64,000 bases of DNA from NCBI GenBank assembly GCA_037927135.1, contig JAXSPP010000002.1:165155-229154 (forward strand), given 5' to 3'. Each line of letters begins with the position of its first letter. Positions within the stretch are counted from its first letter, which is position 1. The position numbers were made by a program, and so were the translations under genes. This stretch comes from Candidatus Pampinifervens sinense (GTDB lineage: Bacteria; Aquificota; Aquificia; Aquificales; Aquificaceae). The notes below the pieces were generated by a model. The model saw only the letters and a list, made by a program, of their open reading frames with translations, was not told the DNA's origin and did no database searches. This document shows positions 32,913 to 42,710 of the stretch, one piece after another.

Positions 32913-35900
32913 GGAAGTTTACCGAGATACTCTTGAACAACCGGTTTATAGTGATAACCCTCTCTGTCTTCTTGCTCCTTTATGGCCTCTATTCCTTGAA
33001 GAAGACGCCCATAGATGCCCTGCCGGACCTTACAGACACGCAGGTGATCATATACTCCGAGTGGATAGGGCAGGCGCCCCAGGTTATAGAGAACCAGCTC
33101 ACCTATCCTTTGGTCTCCAACATGCTTGGCCTGCCAAGGGTTAAGGTGGTAAGGGGCTATTCTATGCCCAACTACTCCCTTGTATACGTCATCTTTGAAG
33201 ATGGCACAGACCTATACTGGGCAAGGTCAAGGGTATTGGAAAAACTCTCCTATATAAGCTCACAGCTCCCATCTCAGGCAAAGGTTAGTTTAGGCCCAGA
33301 TGCCACTGGCGTTGGCTGGGTCTATCAGTATGTGCTCTATTCAGAAAAGAGAAGCTTGGATGAGCTTTGGAAGATTCAAAACTTTTATTTAAAGTATGCC
33401 TTGCTTTCCGTTCCCAATGTGGCAGAGGTGGCCTCTGTGGGAGGCTTTGAAAAGGAATACAGAGTGGTCCTTTATCCAGAGCATATGATACATTACAGCC
33501 TATCCCTTGAGGATGTGATAAGGGCTATAAGAGGGGCAAATATGGAGGTGGGTGGAAAGTATGTGGAGGTAAACGGAAGGGAGTTTATAGTGAGGGTAAG
33601 GGGCTATGTGAGGGAGAAGGAGGATATAGAGAGGGCTGTCATAAAGGAAGTTAACGGCGTTCCCATAAGGGTTGGAGACATAGGCAAAGTGATTGAGACG
33701 CCAGCCTTTAGGATGGGCACCGCAGACTTTAACGGCCTTGGAAACACGGTGGGTGGGATAGTGGTGATGCGCTTTGGTGCGGATGCCTACAAGACCATAA
33801 AAGAAGTAAAAGAAAAGCTGGAGGAGGTCAAAAAGGGACTGCCGGAGGATGTAAAGATCATACCGGTTTATGACAGGTCGGACCTCATAGAGAGGTCCAT
33901 AAACCACCTCAAAAGGGTGCTTTTGGAGGAATCTGTAGTTGTCATCATAGTCATAGCCCTATTTTTGCTTAGCCTCACTTTAAGCTTTGCAGTCCTTATA
34001 TTCCTTCTTCTTTCCATACTTGGAACCTTCATAATCATGAACCACACAGGCATAAACTCCAACATCATGTCCTTGGGTGGCATAGCCATAGCCATAGGCA
34101 CCATGGTGGACGCCGCCATAGTTCTGGTGGAGGCCTTCACAAGAAAGAGGGAAGAGGGGAAGGACCTAAGGACGGCCATCGTAGAATCCACCGCCGAGGT
34201 GGGAAAGCCCATATTCTTTGCCCTTTTGGTGGTGGCCGTCTCCTTTGTGCCCATGCTGGCTCTTAAGGCTCAGGCTGGAAGGCTCTTTGGTCCCCTGGTG
34301 CTAACCAAAACCCTAGCCATGCTTGTGGCATCCTTGCTCTCTGTAGTCCTAATTCCCGTTCTTTTGCTCTACTTTGGGAAAGGTAAAGTGCTAAAAGAGG
34401 AGAAAAACCCCCTTGTAAGATTACTTATAAAGGCTTACACTCCCCTCTTTCATATGGCTGTGAGGCTAAGATACCTCATGCTTGTCTTGGCCATTTTGGC
34501 CATTCCTGCCTCTTATATTCTCTTCAAAAACATAGGAAGGGAGTTTATGCCGGACCTGAGGGAAGGAACACTCCTTTACATGCCTACCACAGCCCCCGGC
34601 ATATCAATACAAGAGGCCCAAAGGCTTTTGACCATACAAGACAAGATAATAAAGAGCTTTCCAGAGGTGGATACGGTCTTTGGAAAGGCTGGAAGGGCAA
34701 ACACGGCCACAGACCCAGCACCCCTCTCCATGATAGAAACGGTTATAACCCTAAAGCCAGAAGACCAGTGGAGGGAGGGAATGACCTATGAAAAGCTAAT
34801 ATCGGAACTGGATAAGGCCTTGCAGTTTCCCGGAGTTATAAACAGCTGGACCATGCCCATAAAGGGCAGGATAGACATGATAACCACGGGAGTGAGAACG
34901 CCCTTGGGTATAAAGGTCTTTGGAGACAATCTTGAAGAGGTAGTGAGGCTTGCGCAGGAGATAGAGAAGGCCCTTTATGGTATGGAAGGGGTGATGAGCG
35001 TGTATGCAGAGAGGACAACGGGAGCCACCTACTTTGAGATAGTGCCAGACAGGGAAAAGCTAAGGCTTTATGGCTTGAGCCTTGAGGACATAACTGGCAC
35101 CTTTGAAAGGCTCTTTGCCAACGAGCCCGTATCCCTTTATATATCCGGAAGGGAAAGGTATGGCATAACACTGGGAGTGCCAAGGGATTACAGGCAGGAC
35201 TTGGAAAATATGATGCTTCCCCTTGGAGAAAAGCTTGTGCCCCTAAAGGCTGTGGCAGAAGTAAAAAGGGTGGAAAGTCCTATGGAGATAAAGTCTGAGA
35301 ATGGCCTTCTTGTGGCCTATGTTTATATAACGCCAAAGCCAGAAGCAAGCATGGATAGGATAGTGGAGGAGGGAACAAGAAGGATAGAGGAGAGGGTCAA
35401 GTTCCCACAGGGCTACTTTTACACATGGACCGGCCAGTTTGAATACTGGAAAAAGGCTATGGAGGACCTAAAGGTCATAGTACCCATGGTGCTTGCCACC
35501 ATAGTGGTGTTGGTCTACCTTAGCTTGGGAAGGGTCTTTGAGACCTTTTTGGTCCTCTTTACCTTGCCCTCTTCCCTCTTGGGAGGCCTTTTGCTTATGT
35601 ACCTTATGGACTTTAGGCTCTCCATCGCATCCATAGCGGGCTTTTTGGCCCTTTTGGGCATAGCTGCAGAGATGAGCATAGTTATGGTGGTATATATAAT
35701 GCATGCCTTGGAAAGGGGAAAGGATAAGGGATTTTATGAAGCCCTATATAGCGGTGCGGTAAAGAGGATAAGGCCAAAGGCCATGACCATGCTAACCATC
35801 GTGGCAAGCCTTGTGCCGGCTGTTTTGCTAAAAGGCACTGGAAGTGAGGTAATCTCAAGGATAGCCTTGCCCATGCTCGGTGGTATAGTATCTTCTTTCC

Positions 35901-35956
35901 TTACTGCCCTCTTTTTAATACCGGCCCTTTACAGCCTTAGGTCAGGTCAAAGATAA
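32909..35956 (+). CDS. cusA: CusA/CzcA heavy-metal RND efflux transporter
   Basis: DALPDLTD.QVII, GPDATGVGWVYQY, EFMP, DPAPLSM, RIDM, RIRPKAMT; ATG at 32909 overlaps copB stop. Confidence 0.93.
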   Translation: MRKFTEILLNNRFIVITLSVFLLLYGLYSLKKTPIDALPDLTDTQVIIYSEWIGQAPQVIENQLTYPLVSNMLGLPRVKVVRGYSMPNYSLVYVIFEDGTDLYWARSRVLEKLSYISSQLPSQAKVSLGPDATGVGWVYQYVLYSEKRSLDELWKIQNFYLKYALLSVPNVAEVASVGGFEKEYRVVLYPEHMIHYSLSLEDVIRAIRGANMEVGGKYVEVNGREFIVRVRGYVREKEDIERAVIKEVNGVPIRVGDIGKVIETPAFRMGTADFNGLGNTVGGIVVMRFGADAYKTIKEVKEKLEEVKKGLPEDVKIIPVYDRSDLIERSINHLKRVLLEESVVVIIVIALFLLSLTLSFAVLIFLLLSILGTFIIMNHTGINSNIMSLGGIAIAIGTMVDAAIVLVEAFTRKREEGKDLRTAIVESTAEVGKPIFFALLVVAVSFVPMLALKAQAGRLFGPLVLTKTLAMLVASLLSVVLIPVLLLYFGKGKVLKEEKNPLVRLLIKAYTPLFHMAVRLRYLMLVLAILAIPASYILFKNIGREFMPDLREGTLLYMPTTAPGISIQEAQRLLTIQDKIIKSFPEVDTVFGKAGRANTATDPAPLSMIETVITLKPEDQWREGMTYEKLISELDKALQFPGVINSWTMPIKGRIDMITTGVRTPLGIKVFGDNLEEVVRLAQEIEKALYGMEGVMSVYAERTTGATYFEIVPDREKLRLYGLSLEDITGTFERLFANEPVSLYISGRERYGITLGVPRDYRQDLENMMLPLGEKLVPLKAVAEVKRVESPMEIKSENGLLVAYVYITPKPEASMDRIVEEGTRRIEERVKFPQGYFYTWTGQFEYWKKAMEDLKVIVPMVLATIVVLVYLSLGRVFETFLVLFTLPSSLLGGLLLMYLMDFRLSIASIAGFLALLGIAAEMSIVMVVYIMHALERGKDKGFYEALYSGAVKRIRPKAMTMLTIVASLVPAVLLKGTGSEVISRIALPMLGGIVSSFLTALFLIPALYSLRSGQR

Positions 35957-37367
35957 CCATCTTTATCTCCGTATAGTCTTCTACCGCAAAGCGTGGCCCT
36001 TCCCTTCCTATACCAGACTGCTTGACACCACCGTAGGGCATATGGTCCGCTCTAAAGTTGGGACCCTCATTTATTAGAACTCCACCAGCCTTTACCTTCC
36101 TTATGAACTCCCAAGCCACGTTGATATCCCTTGTGAATACACCCACCTGAAGGCCATATTCGGAGTCATTGACCATCCTTATGGCCTCCTCCACTTCCCT
36201 GTAAGGGTTTACCACCACCACAGGGGCAAAGGCCTCTTCCCTAAAGAGTCTAACATTGGTGGGCACAAGGGAGACTATGGTTGGAGAAAGCACAGAGGAA
36301 ACCTTATCTCCACAGGATACACCACCGGTTATGAGCTTTGCACCCTCTTTCAAGGCCTCATCTATCCACTCTTGAATCCTTTGAACCTCAGACACGGATA
36401 TCATAGGACCCACATCTGTATCCTCTTGCATAGGATCACCCACCTTTAGCCTGCTTACAGCCTCTTCAAGTTCTTTTAAATACTCTTCAAATAGGTCCTC
36501 ATGAACAAAGACCCTTTGCACCGATATGCAAACCTGCCCAGCTATGGCATAGCCTCCCAGTACGGTCTTCTGCACCGCCTTTTTTAGGTCTCCATCCTTG
36601 TGTAGCACTATGGCCGAATTGGATCCAAGCTCCAGCACCACTTTTTTAATGCCTGCCTGTCTTGTGATGATCTCGCCCACTTTTCTGCTTCCGGTAAAAG
36701 ATACCACCCTAACGTCTGGATGTGTTGTCATAGCCTTTCCCACATCACCATAACCCGGGAGTATGCTAAGTGCTTTGGGAGGAATGCCAGCTTCTAACAG
36801 CACCTCACCAAGCATAAGAGGTGTCAGAGGTGTTCTCTCAGAAGGCTTTAAAATCACCGCATTACCACAAGCAAGAGCCGGGGCCACCTTATGCATAGAA
36901 AGGTTCAAAGGGAAGTTAAAGGGTGTTATGGCAGAGACTATACCCACAGGCTCGCGCATGTAAAAGCCCACCTTACCTTTTCCGTTGGGATGGGCATCTA
37001 TTGGAATGACCTCACCACCTATTCTTTTTGCCTCCTCCGCAGAAAAGATCAAGGTCTGTATGGCCCTTTGGACCTCTGTGCGCGCCTCTCTTATGGTTTT
37101 TCCCACCTCAAGCACAAGGGTCTTGGCAAACTCCTCTGCCCTTGCGCTAAGTATTTGGCTTGCCCTCATAAGTATTTGATACCTTTCGTAGGGAGTAAGG
37201 GAAGATATCTCTTCAAAGCCCTCCTTTGCCAGTTCTATTGCCTTGTACACATCCTCTTCATCTGCCTTTGAAACTTCTGCGATCACCTCACCCGTGTAGG
37301 GGTATACAACGGGGATCTTCTCTTCCTTTGAAACCCATTGGCCACCTAGCAAAACTTCCTTTCTCAT
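35937..37367 (-). CDS. NAD(P)-dependent aldehyde dehydrogenase
   Basis: ITPFNFP, FTGS, LELGSN, GQVC, EAFAP, YGGVKQSGIGREG. Confidence 0.93.
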   Translation of the reverse strand: MRKEVLLGGQWVSKEEKIPVVYPYTGEVIAEVSKADEEDVYKAIELAKEGFEEISSLTPYERYQILMRASQILSARAEEFAKTLVLEVGKTIREARTEVQRAIQTLIFSAEEAKRIGGEVIPIDAHPNGKGKVGFYMREPVGIVSAITPFNFPLNLSMHKVAPALACGNAVILKPSERTPLTPLMLGEVLLEAGIPPKALSILPGYGDVGKAMTTHPDVRVVSFTGSRKVGEIITRQAGIKKVVLELGSNSAIVLHKDGDLKKAVQKTVLGGYAIAGQVCISVQRVFVHEDLFEEYLKELEEAVSRLKVGDPMQEDTDVGPMISVSEVQRIQEWIDEALKEGAKLITGGVSCGDKVSSVLSPTIVSLVPTNVRLFREEAFAPVVVVNPYREVEEAIRMVNDSEYGLQVGVFTRDINVAWEFIRKVKAGGVLINEGPNFRADHMPYGGVKQSGIGREGPRFAVEDYTEIKMVIFDLT

Positions 37368-37393
37368 AATGTTATAATTTTAAAAAATCCTCC

Positions 37394-39034
37394 ATGCTCG
37401 TAGACCATGTAGGTAGGAAGATCTATATAATAAGGGTGCTTACGAGACATGGCTTTGGCTTATTGCTTTTTAAGCTTGGGCTTGGACACCTCGTTCCCTT
37501 CCACTGGGGCATACTGGGACACAAAAGAAGGAAGGAAAGGTATTCTCCCGAAGAACATTTAAGGCTAGCCTTTGAGGAGCTTGGAGTTACCTTCATAAAG
37601 CTTGGTCAGATGCTTAGCGTAAGGCCAGACCTTCTACCCGATAGCTATCTGAGGGAACTCTCTAAGCTTCAGGATAGGGTTCCTCCAGTGGATGCAGAAA
37701 GTATAAAAAAGGTTATAGAAGAGGAGTTTGGAAGGCCCTGTGAAGAGATGTTTGATTATTTTGAAGAAGAGCCAATAGCATCCGCCTCCATAGGTCAGGT
37801 TCATAGGGCAAGGCTCAAATCTGGAGAAAGGGTGGTTCTTAAAGTGCAAAAGCCTTACGTTGAAAAACAGGTGGAGGAGGATTTGGCAATACTTGAGGAA
37901 TTGGTCCATATGGCTATGAAAACAGAGCTGGGGCAAAGATGGGATATACAATCCATCTTTGAAGAGTTTTCTTACACTATAAGAAATGAGCTTGATTATA
38001 CAAGGGAGGGAAGGAACTGCGACACATTCAGAAAAAACCTTATGAAGGATGAGGAGGTGTACGTGCCTAAGGTCTATTGGGAGTATACGACTAAAAGGGT
38101 GCTATGTCTTGAAGAGATAGAGGGTATAAGGCTGAGCGATAAAGAGGCTCTTGAAAAGAGTGGCTTTGATCTTAAGGATATAGCTAGGAAGGGTGCCCAT
38201 ATGTATCTTAAGATGATATTCAGGGAAGGATTTTTCCATGCGGACCCTCATCCCGGAAACTTCTTAGTGATGAAAGATGGAAGGTTGGGGCTTTTAGACT
38301 ACGGTATGGTTGGAGCTATAGATAGCATAACAAGGATAAATCTTTTTCAGCTTATGTACGGTATTATCAAAAACGACCTTGACCTTGTTATAGATGCCCT
38401 CTATGACCTTGGCATATCTATGAAAACCAAAAGGGAGAAGTTCCTAAAGAGGGAGCTTGAGATACTGTTTTCATACTACTTTATGCAACCGCTGAAGGAG
38501 GTCAAGTTATCAAAGGTGGTTCACGAGACCCTCAAATTATCCTATAAATACGGTATAAAGATACCCTCCGACCTTTTCCTCCTCCTTAAAACCTTAGCCC
38601 TTGCAGAGGGGACAGCCTTGAACCTTGATCCAGAGTTTAGGCTAATAGAAGAGATGAAGCCTTATATAAACAAGGGATTTAGACAAGTTTTTCTACCCAT
38701 GATCTCAAGGGATGAGGTAACTAAAAACCTTATCTTGACTACAAAGATGCTTCTTCAAGGTGTTTATAAGACAAAAAGGTTTCTTAACGAGCTTGAAAGG
38801 GGGGAATTTGAGCTTTCCATAAACTACAAAGGTGAAGAGAGGTTTATGAGCGATTTGAGAAGGGATATAAACAGGCTTTCTATGAGTATATTAACCCTTG
38901 GATTCATGCTCTCCTCTTCTCTCGTCATACTTGCCTTGGCTCCCCATCTTTTAAAAGAGCAGCTCATATACTTCCTACTTGTCTTCACCTTCACACTTGT
39001 CATCATTGGCTTTATAAAGCTTAGGAAATCTTAA
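37394..39034 (+). CDS. ABC1/UbiB/AarF atypical kinase
   Basis: FIKLGQ, ASASIGQVH, FHADPHPGN, DYGM, two C-terminal TMs. Confidence 0.93.
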   Translation: MLVDHVGRKIYIIRVLTRHGFGLLLFKLGLGHLVPFHWGILGHKRRKERYSPEEHLRLAFEELGVTFIKLGQMLSVRPDLLPDSYLRELSKLQDRVPPVDAESIKKVIEEEFGRPCEEMFDYFEEEPIASASIGQVHRARLKSGERVVLKVQKPYVEKQVEEDLAILEELVHMAMKTELGQRWDIQSIFEEFSYTIRNELDYTREGRNCDTFRKNLMKDEEVYVPKVYWEYTTKRVLCLEEIEGIRLSDKEALEKSGFDLKDIARKGAHMYLKMIFREGFFHADPHPGNFLVMKDGRLGLLDYGMVGAIDSITRINLFQLMYGIIKNDLDLVIDALYDLGISMKTKREKFLKRELEILFSYYFMQPLKEVKLSKVVHETLKLSYKYGIKIPSDLFLLLKTLALAEGTALNLDPEFRLIEEMKPYINKGFRQVFLPMISRDEVTKNLILTTKMLLQGVYKTKRFLNELERGEFELSINYKGEERFMSDLRRDINRLSMSILTLGFMLSSSLVILALAPHLLKEQLIYFLLVFTFTLVIIGFIKLRKS

Positions 39035-39053
39035 CTGAGATAAAATATTGAAT

Positions 39054-40244
39054 ATGACACCAGAAGAACAGCTAAAGATCATAAAACAAGGAACTGTGGA
39101 GATAATAGAGGAAGAGGAACTTTTAAAGAAGTTAAAGGAGGGAAGGCCTCTACGCATAAAAGCTGGCTTTGACCCCACCGCTCCAGACCTTCATTTGGGA
39201 CACACGGTCCTTTTGCAAAAGCTCCGCCAATTTCAACAGCTTGGGCATGAGGTCTACTTTGTTATAGGCGACTTTACAGCCATGATAGGAGATCCAACAG
39301 GAAGGAGTGAGACAAGACCACCACTAAGCAGGGAAGAGGTGCTTGAAAACGCAAAGACATACGAACACCAGGTCTTTAAAGTGCTCATACCAGAAAAGAC
39401 AAACATCGTCTTTAACAGCACATGGCTTTCAAGCCTTGGAACGGAAGGCATAATCAAGCTTGCTGGCCAATACACGGTGGCAAGGATGCTGGAGAGGGAT
39501 GACTTTTCAAAGCGCTTTAAGGAGGGCATACCCATATATATACACGAGTTTTTATACCCACTACTTCAGGGTTATGACAGTGTTTTCTTAAAGGCTGATG
39601 TGGAGCTTGGTGGCACAGACCAAAAGTTTAACCTACTTGTGGGAAGGGACCTCCAAAGGGCCTATGGGCAAGAACCTCAGGTGTGTATTACTTTGCCTTT
39701 GCTTGTGGGTCTTGACGGTGTGAGAAAGATGTCCAAATCCTACGGCAACTACATAGGCATAACGGAGAGGCCAGAGGATATGTTTGGAAAGATCATGTCC
39801 ATATCGGATGAACTCATGTGGGACTATTACCTGCTTTTGACAGACTACACTCAAGAGGAGATAGAGGAGTTTAAGAAAAGCCTTCACCCTATGGAGGCAA
39901 AAAAGAGGCTTGCCCATTACATAGTCTCTCGCTACCACTCTAAGGAAGAGGCAGACAGAGCCCTTGAGTTCTTTGAAAGGACCTTCTCCAAAAGGGAGTT
40001 TCCAAAAGATGCACCGGTTATAGAGGTGAAAAAAGGCTACCGCCAAAAGGCCTATGAACTCCTTGTTGAACTTGGCATTGAACCTTCTAAAAACTCTGCA
40101 AGAAGGCTTATAGAAGGTGGAGGTCTCAAGATAAACGGAAGAAGGATAGAGGATCCAAACCAGGAGATAGAGGTTTTGGAAGAGCTTCAGATGCAAGTGG
40201 GCAAAAAGAGGTTCTACAGGATTGTTCCTAAGGAGATGACTTGA
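39054..40244 (+). CDS. tyrS: Tyrosine--tRNA ligase
   Basis: [27 protein letters not shown]4 domain. Confidence 0.97.
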   Translation: MTPEEQLKIIKQGTVEIIEEEELLKKLKEGRPLRIKAGFDPTAPDLHLGHTVLLQKLRQFQQLGHEVYFVIGDFTAMIGDPTGRSETRPPLSREEVLENAKTYEHQVFKVLIPEKTNIVFNSTWLSSLGTEGIIKLAGQYTVARMLERDDFSKRFKEGIPIYIHEFLYPLLQGYDSVFLKADVELGGTDQKFNLLVGRDLQRAYGQEPQVCITLPLLVGLDGVRKMSKSYGNYIGITERPEDMFGKIMSISDELMWDYYLLLTDYTQEEIEEFKKSLHPMEAKKRLAHYIVSRYHSKEEADRALEFFERTFSKREFPKDAPVIEVKKGYRQKAYELLVELGIEPSKNSARRLIEGGGLKINGRRIEDPNQEIEVLEELQMQVGKKRFYRIVPKEMT

Positions 40245-40476
40245 CTATTTTTACCTTACTCCAGTCAACGGGCTCAAGGCCTGTAGATTCTGCATAGCTC
40301 TTTGCCGTCTTATAATTTATTAGCTCTTCTATCTGGGCTTTTAATTTCAAGGACCTCTCCTTTTCCCTCTTTAGCTCGGCAACCTTTTTAGCATAATCCT
40401 TAGAGAGGTCTATGGTGTAAGCAGAGTACAAAAGGTTTATCCCTAAAAGCATAAGGCTAAGCCAGAGATACTTCAT
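40228..40476 (-). CDS. FtsL-like small bitopic coiled-coil protein
   Basis: TM then coiled coil, directly downstream of rsmH as in dcw clusters. Confidence 0.55.
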   Translation of the reverse strand: MKYLWLSLMLLGINLLYSAYTIDLSKDYAKKVAELKREKERSLKLKAQIEELINYKTAKSYAESTGLEPVDWSKVKIVKSSP

Positions 40477-41330
40477 GGCTTTTCTCCCGCCCTCAGCTTT
40501 GCACTCCTGCTAGCTGGATTTTTCCTCACCTCTTCTATACTAGGAGTTATCGGCTTTTTTGTCAACACTTTTAGATGGGTTTTAATGAAATTTTTAACTA
40601 TCCTGTCCTCAAGGGAGTGAAAAGATATAACCACAAGCCTTCCGCCGGACCTCAAAAAATCAAGGGTCTTATGCAGGGCTGTGCTCAAGGCCGTTAGCTC
40701 TTGATTTACCTCTATCCTTATGGCTTGAAAGACCCTTGTGGCAGGATGTATCCTCCCCCCTCTGTAGGGAAGAACGGAGGTCACTATCTTTACCAACTCT
40801 CCCGTTGTCTCTATGGGCTTTTTTGCTCTTGCAAGCACAATGGCCTTTGCCACCCTCTTGGCATAGGGCTCCTCCCCATACTCTCTGAATATCCTCTCAA
40901 GCTCCCTCTCCGAATAGGTGTTTACCACTTGGTAGGCCGTAAGCCTGTCCTCTGGGTTCATCCTCATATCCAAAGGCTCATCCCTTTGAAAAGAAAAGCC
41001 TCTTGGACTCTTTAGCTGTAGCATGGAGACCCCAAGGTCAAACAGAAAGCCATCCACCTGAGAGACACCTTCCATACGTAGGACCTCATCAAGGTCTGAG
41101 AAGTTGGCATGGTAGAGGCTAAACCTGCCCTCAAAGTCCTTTAGGTTTTCCTCCGCCATCTCAAGGGCATATGGGTCCCTGTCTATGCCTATTAGGAAGG
41201 CCTTTGGATTCTTTTCAAGTATCCTCCTTGCGTGGCCTCCAAGGCCTACAGTGCAATCTACATAGAGTGTTCCACCGTTGCCCAAAAGGAGGTCTACCGC
41301 AGGCTCTAGCAATACGGGAATGTGCATCAA
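40473..41330 (-). CDS. rsmH: 16S rRNA m4C1402 methyltransferase
   Basis: [39 protein letters not shown]. Confidence 0.96.
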   Translation of the reverse strand: MMHIPVLLEPAVDLLLGNGGTLYVDCTVGLGGHARRILEKNPKAFLIGIDRDPYALEMAEENLKDFEGRFSLYHANFSDLDEVLRMEGVSQVDGFLFDLGVSMLQLKSPRGFSFQRDEPLDMRMNPEDRLTAYQVVNTYSERELERIFREYGEEPYAKRVAKAIVLARAKKPIETTGELVKIVTSVLPYRGGRIHPATRVFQAIRIEVNQELTALSTALHKTLDFLRSGGRLVVISFHSLEDRIVKNFIKTHLKVLTKKPITPSIEEVRKNPASRSAKLRAGEKP

Positions 41331-41920
41331 AATAGGCTCATCTGTTTTATGGGTGAAAAGCTCTTCCTATGAATGGGGCTTTCTTTGTATAGGCTTAGGG
41401 CTTTTAGATGCTCTCTTGTAGCATAGCCCTTGTGCTTTGCAAAGTTATACTGAGGGTAGATTTTGTGGTAGTGTTCCATAATTTTGTCCCTTAGGACCTT
41501 TGCCACCACACTGGCACAGGCACAGCTAAGGCTTTTTTCATCACCTTTAACAAGGGCTATGCACTCGTAGCCTTCCACAGGAAGATAATCGCTTATGACC
41601 ACATGAAAGGTATGCTTGAGGTCCTCCAAGGCTCTTTTGAAGGCAATTTGGTTTGCCCTGAGTATGCCTACCCTGTCTATTAGGCTTGAATCAACTACAG
41701 CAGTGCCTATGGCCAAGGCCTTTGATTTTATGATCTCATAAGCCTCCTCCCTCTCCTTTGGGCTCATTCCCTTTGAATCCTTGTCTATAAAAGGTTCTGT
41801 AAAAGGTGGGAGGATTACAGCACAGGCCACTATGGGACCTGCCAGAGGCCCCCTTCCAGCCTCATCTACTCCAGCCACAAGAAGGCCCTTCTCCCAATAA
41901 GGCCTTTCGTATTCTATCAT
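41327..41920 (-). CDS. rnhB: Ribonuclease HII
   Basis: [28 protein letters not shown]. Confidence 0.95.
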   Translation of the reverse strand: MIEYERPYWEKGLLVAGVDEAGRGPLAGPIVACAVILPPFTEPFIDKDSKGMSPKEREEAYEIIKSKALAIGTAVVDSSLIDRVGILRANQIAFKRALEDLKHTFHVVISDYLPVEGYECIALVKGDEKSLSCACASVVAKVLRDKIMEHYHKIYPQYNFAKHKGYATREHLKALSLYKESPIHRKSFSPIKQMSLF

Positions 41921-42294
41921 TCCTTCTTCTTCAGCTCCCAAGGCTTTATCTCTTTTATCTTGCTAAGGGCCTCCTTACCTTTATACTTGCGCAAGAAGTA
42001 AAGCCTTGCCCTCCTTACCTTTCCATGCTTTATTACCTCTATCTTTTCAATGTTGGGGCTGTAGAAGGGAAAGGTCCTTTCAATGCCCACACCATAGGAT
42101 TCTTTCCTTACGGTAAAGGTCTTTCCTGTTCCGCTTCCCCTTATCCTTATCACTATGCCTTCAAAGGGCTGTATCCTCTCCTTATCACCTTCCACGATCC
42201 TATAGTACACCCTTATGGTATCGCCTACCTTAAATTTTTCATACTCCTTTTTAGGCACATATATGCTTTCTACCTTCTGCAGAAGACCACTCAT
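41917..42294 (-). CDS. rplS: 50S ribosomal protein L19
   Basis: [24 protein letters not shown]. Confidence 0.96.
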   Translation of the reverse strand: MSGLLQKVESIYVPKKEYEKFKVGDTIRVYYRIVEGDKERIQPFEGIVIRIRGSGTGKTFTVRKESYGVGIERTFPFYSPNIEKIEVIKHGKVRRARLYFLRKYKGKEALSKIKEIKPWELKKKE

Positions 42295-42354
42295 AGCCAA
42301 ACCTCCTGATAGATTGAGCTATAACATTATAGCATTATTTTTTGATTCAGCGCC

Positions 42355-42389
42355 TTGACCTTGGAGGTTGTGAATATTAAAATTAATAT
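42355..42389 (+). promoter_or_regulatory. Sigma-70 promoter overlapped by AT-rich inverted repeat (candidate metal-repressor operator)
   Basis: TTGACC(42355-60)-17 nt-TAAAAT(42378-83); ATATTAA-AA-TTAATAT at 42374-42389. Confidence 0.6.
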
Positions 42390-42393
42390 CATA

Positions 42394-42660
42394 ATGAGAA
42401 GGACGTTCCACTTCTTTGTTGCCCTCCTTCTCTTCCTTGTAGATTTTGTCCATGCAGAGCATCATCACGAGGACCACAAAATACATACCGATTGTAGCCT
42501 TTGTATTATTCAATACACACCTATAGACAGCAAGACTCAGAAGATAGACCTTAAGCTTTTACCCCTCTATCCACATATTGAAAAGCCTCAAAAGCCATTA
42601 CAGCTCAAAGAAAAACCCCTTATTAAAAGCATCCACAACAGGGCACCTCCTGTGGTGTAA
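42394..42660 (+). CDS. DUF2946-like leader protein (signal peptide, His-rich/CxxC, C-terminal RAPP)
   Basis: MRRTFHFFVALLLFLVDFVHA-EHHHEDHKIHTDCSLC...IHNRAPPVV*; 88 aa. Confidence 0.8.
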   Translation: MRRTFHFFVALLLFLVDFVHAEHHHEDHKIHTDCSLCIIQYTPIDSKTQKIDLKLLPLYPHIEKPQKPLQLKEKPLIKSIHNRAPPVV

Positions 42661-42707
42661 GCCTTCTTAAGGACCTTTTATCTCAAAAAACTACTACAGG
42701 AGGTGCT
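42642..42707 (+). promoter_or_regulatory. Anti-Shine-Dalgarno mRNA hairpin sequestering RBS of gene at 42711
   Basis: GCACCTCCTGTGGTG (42643-57) pairs with TACTACAGGAGGTGC (42692-706): 11 contiguous WC pairs plus 4 more including 2 G-U. Confidence 0.8.
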
Positions 42708-42710
42708 ACC

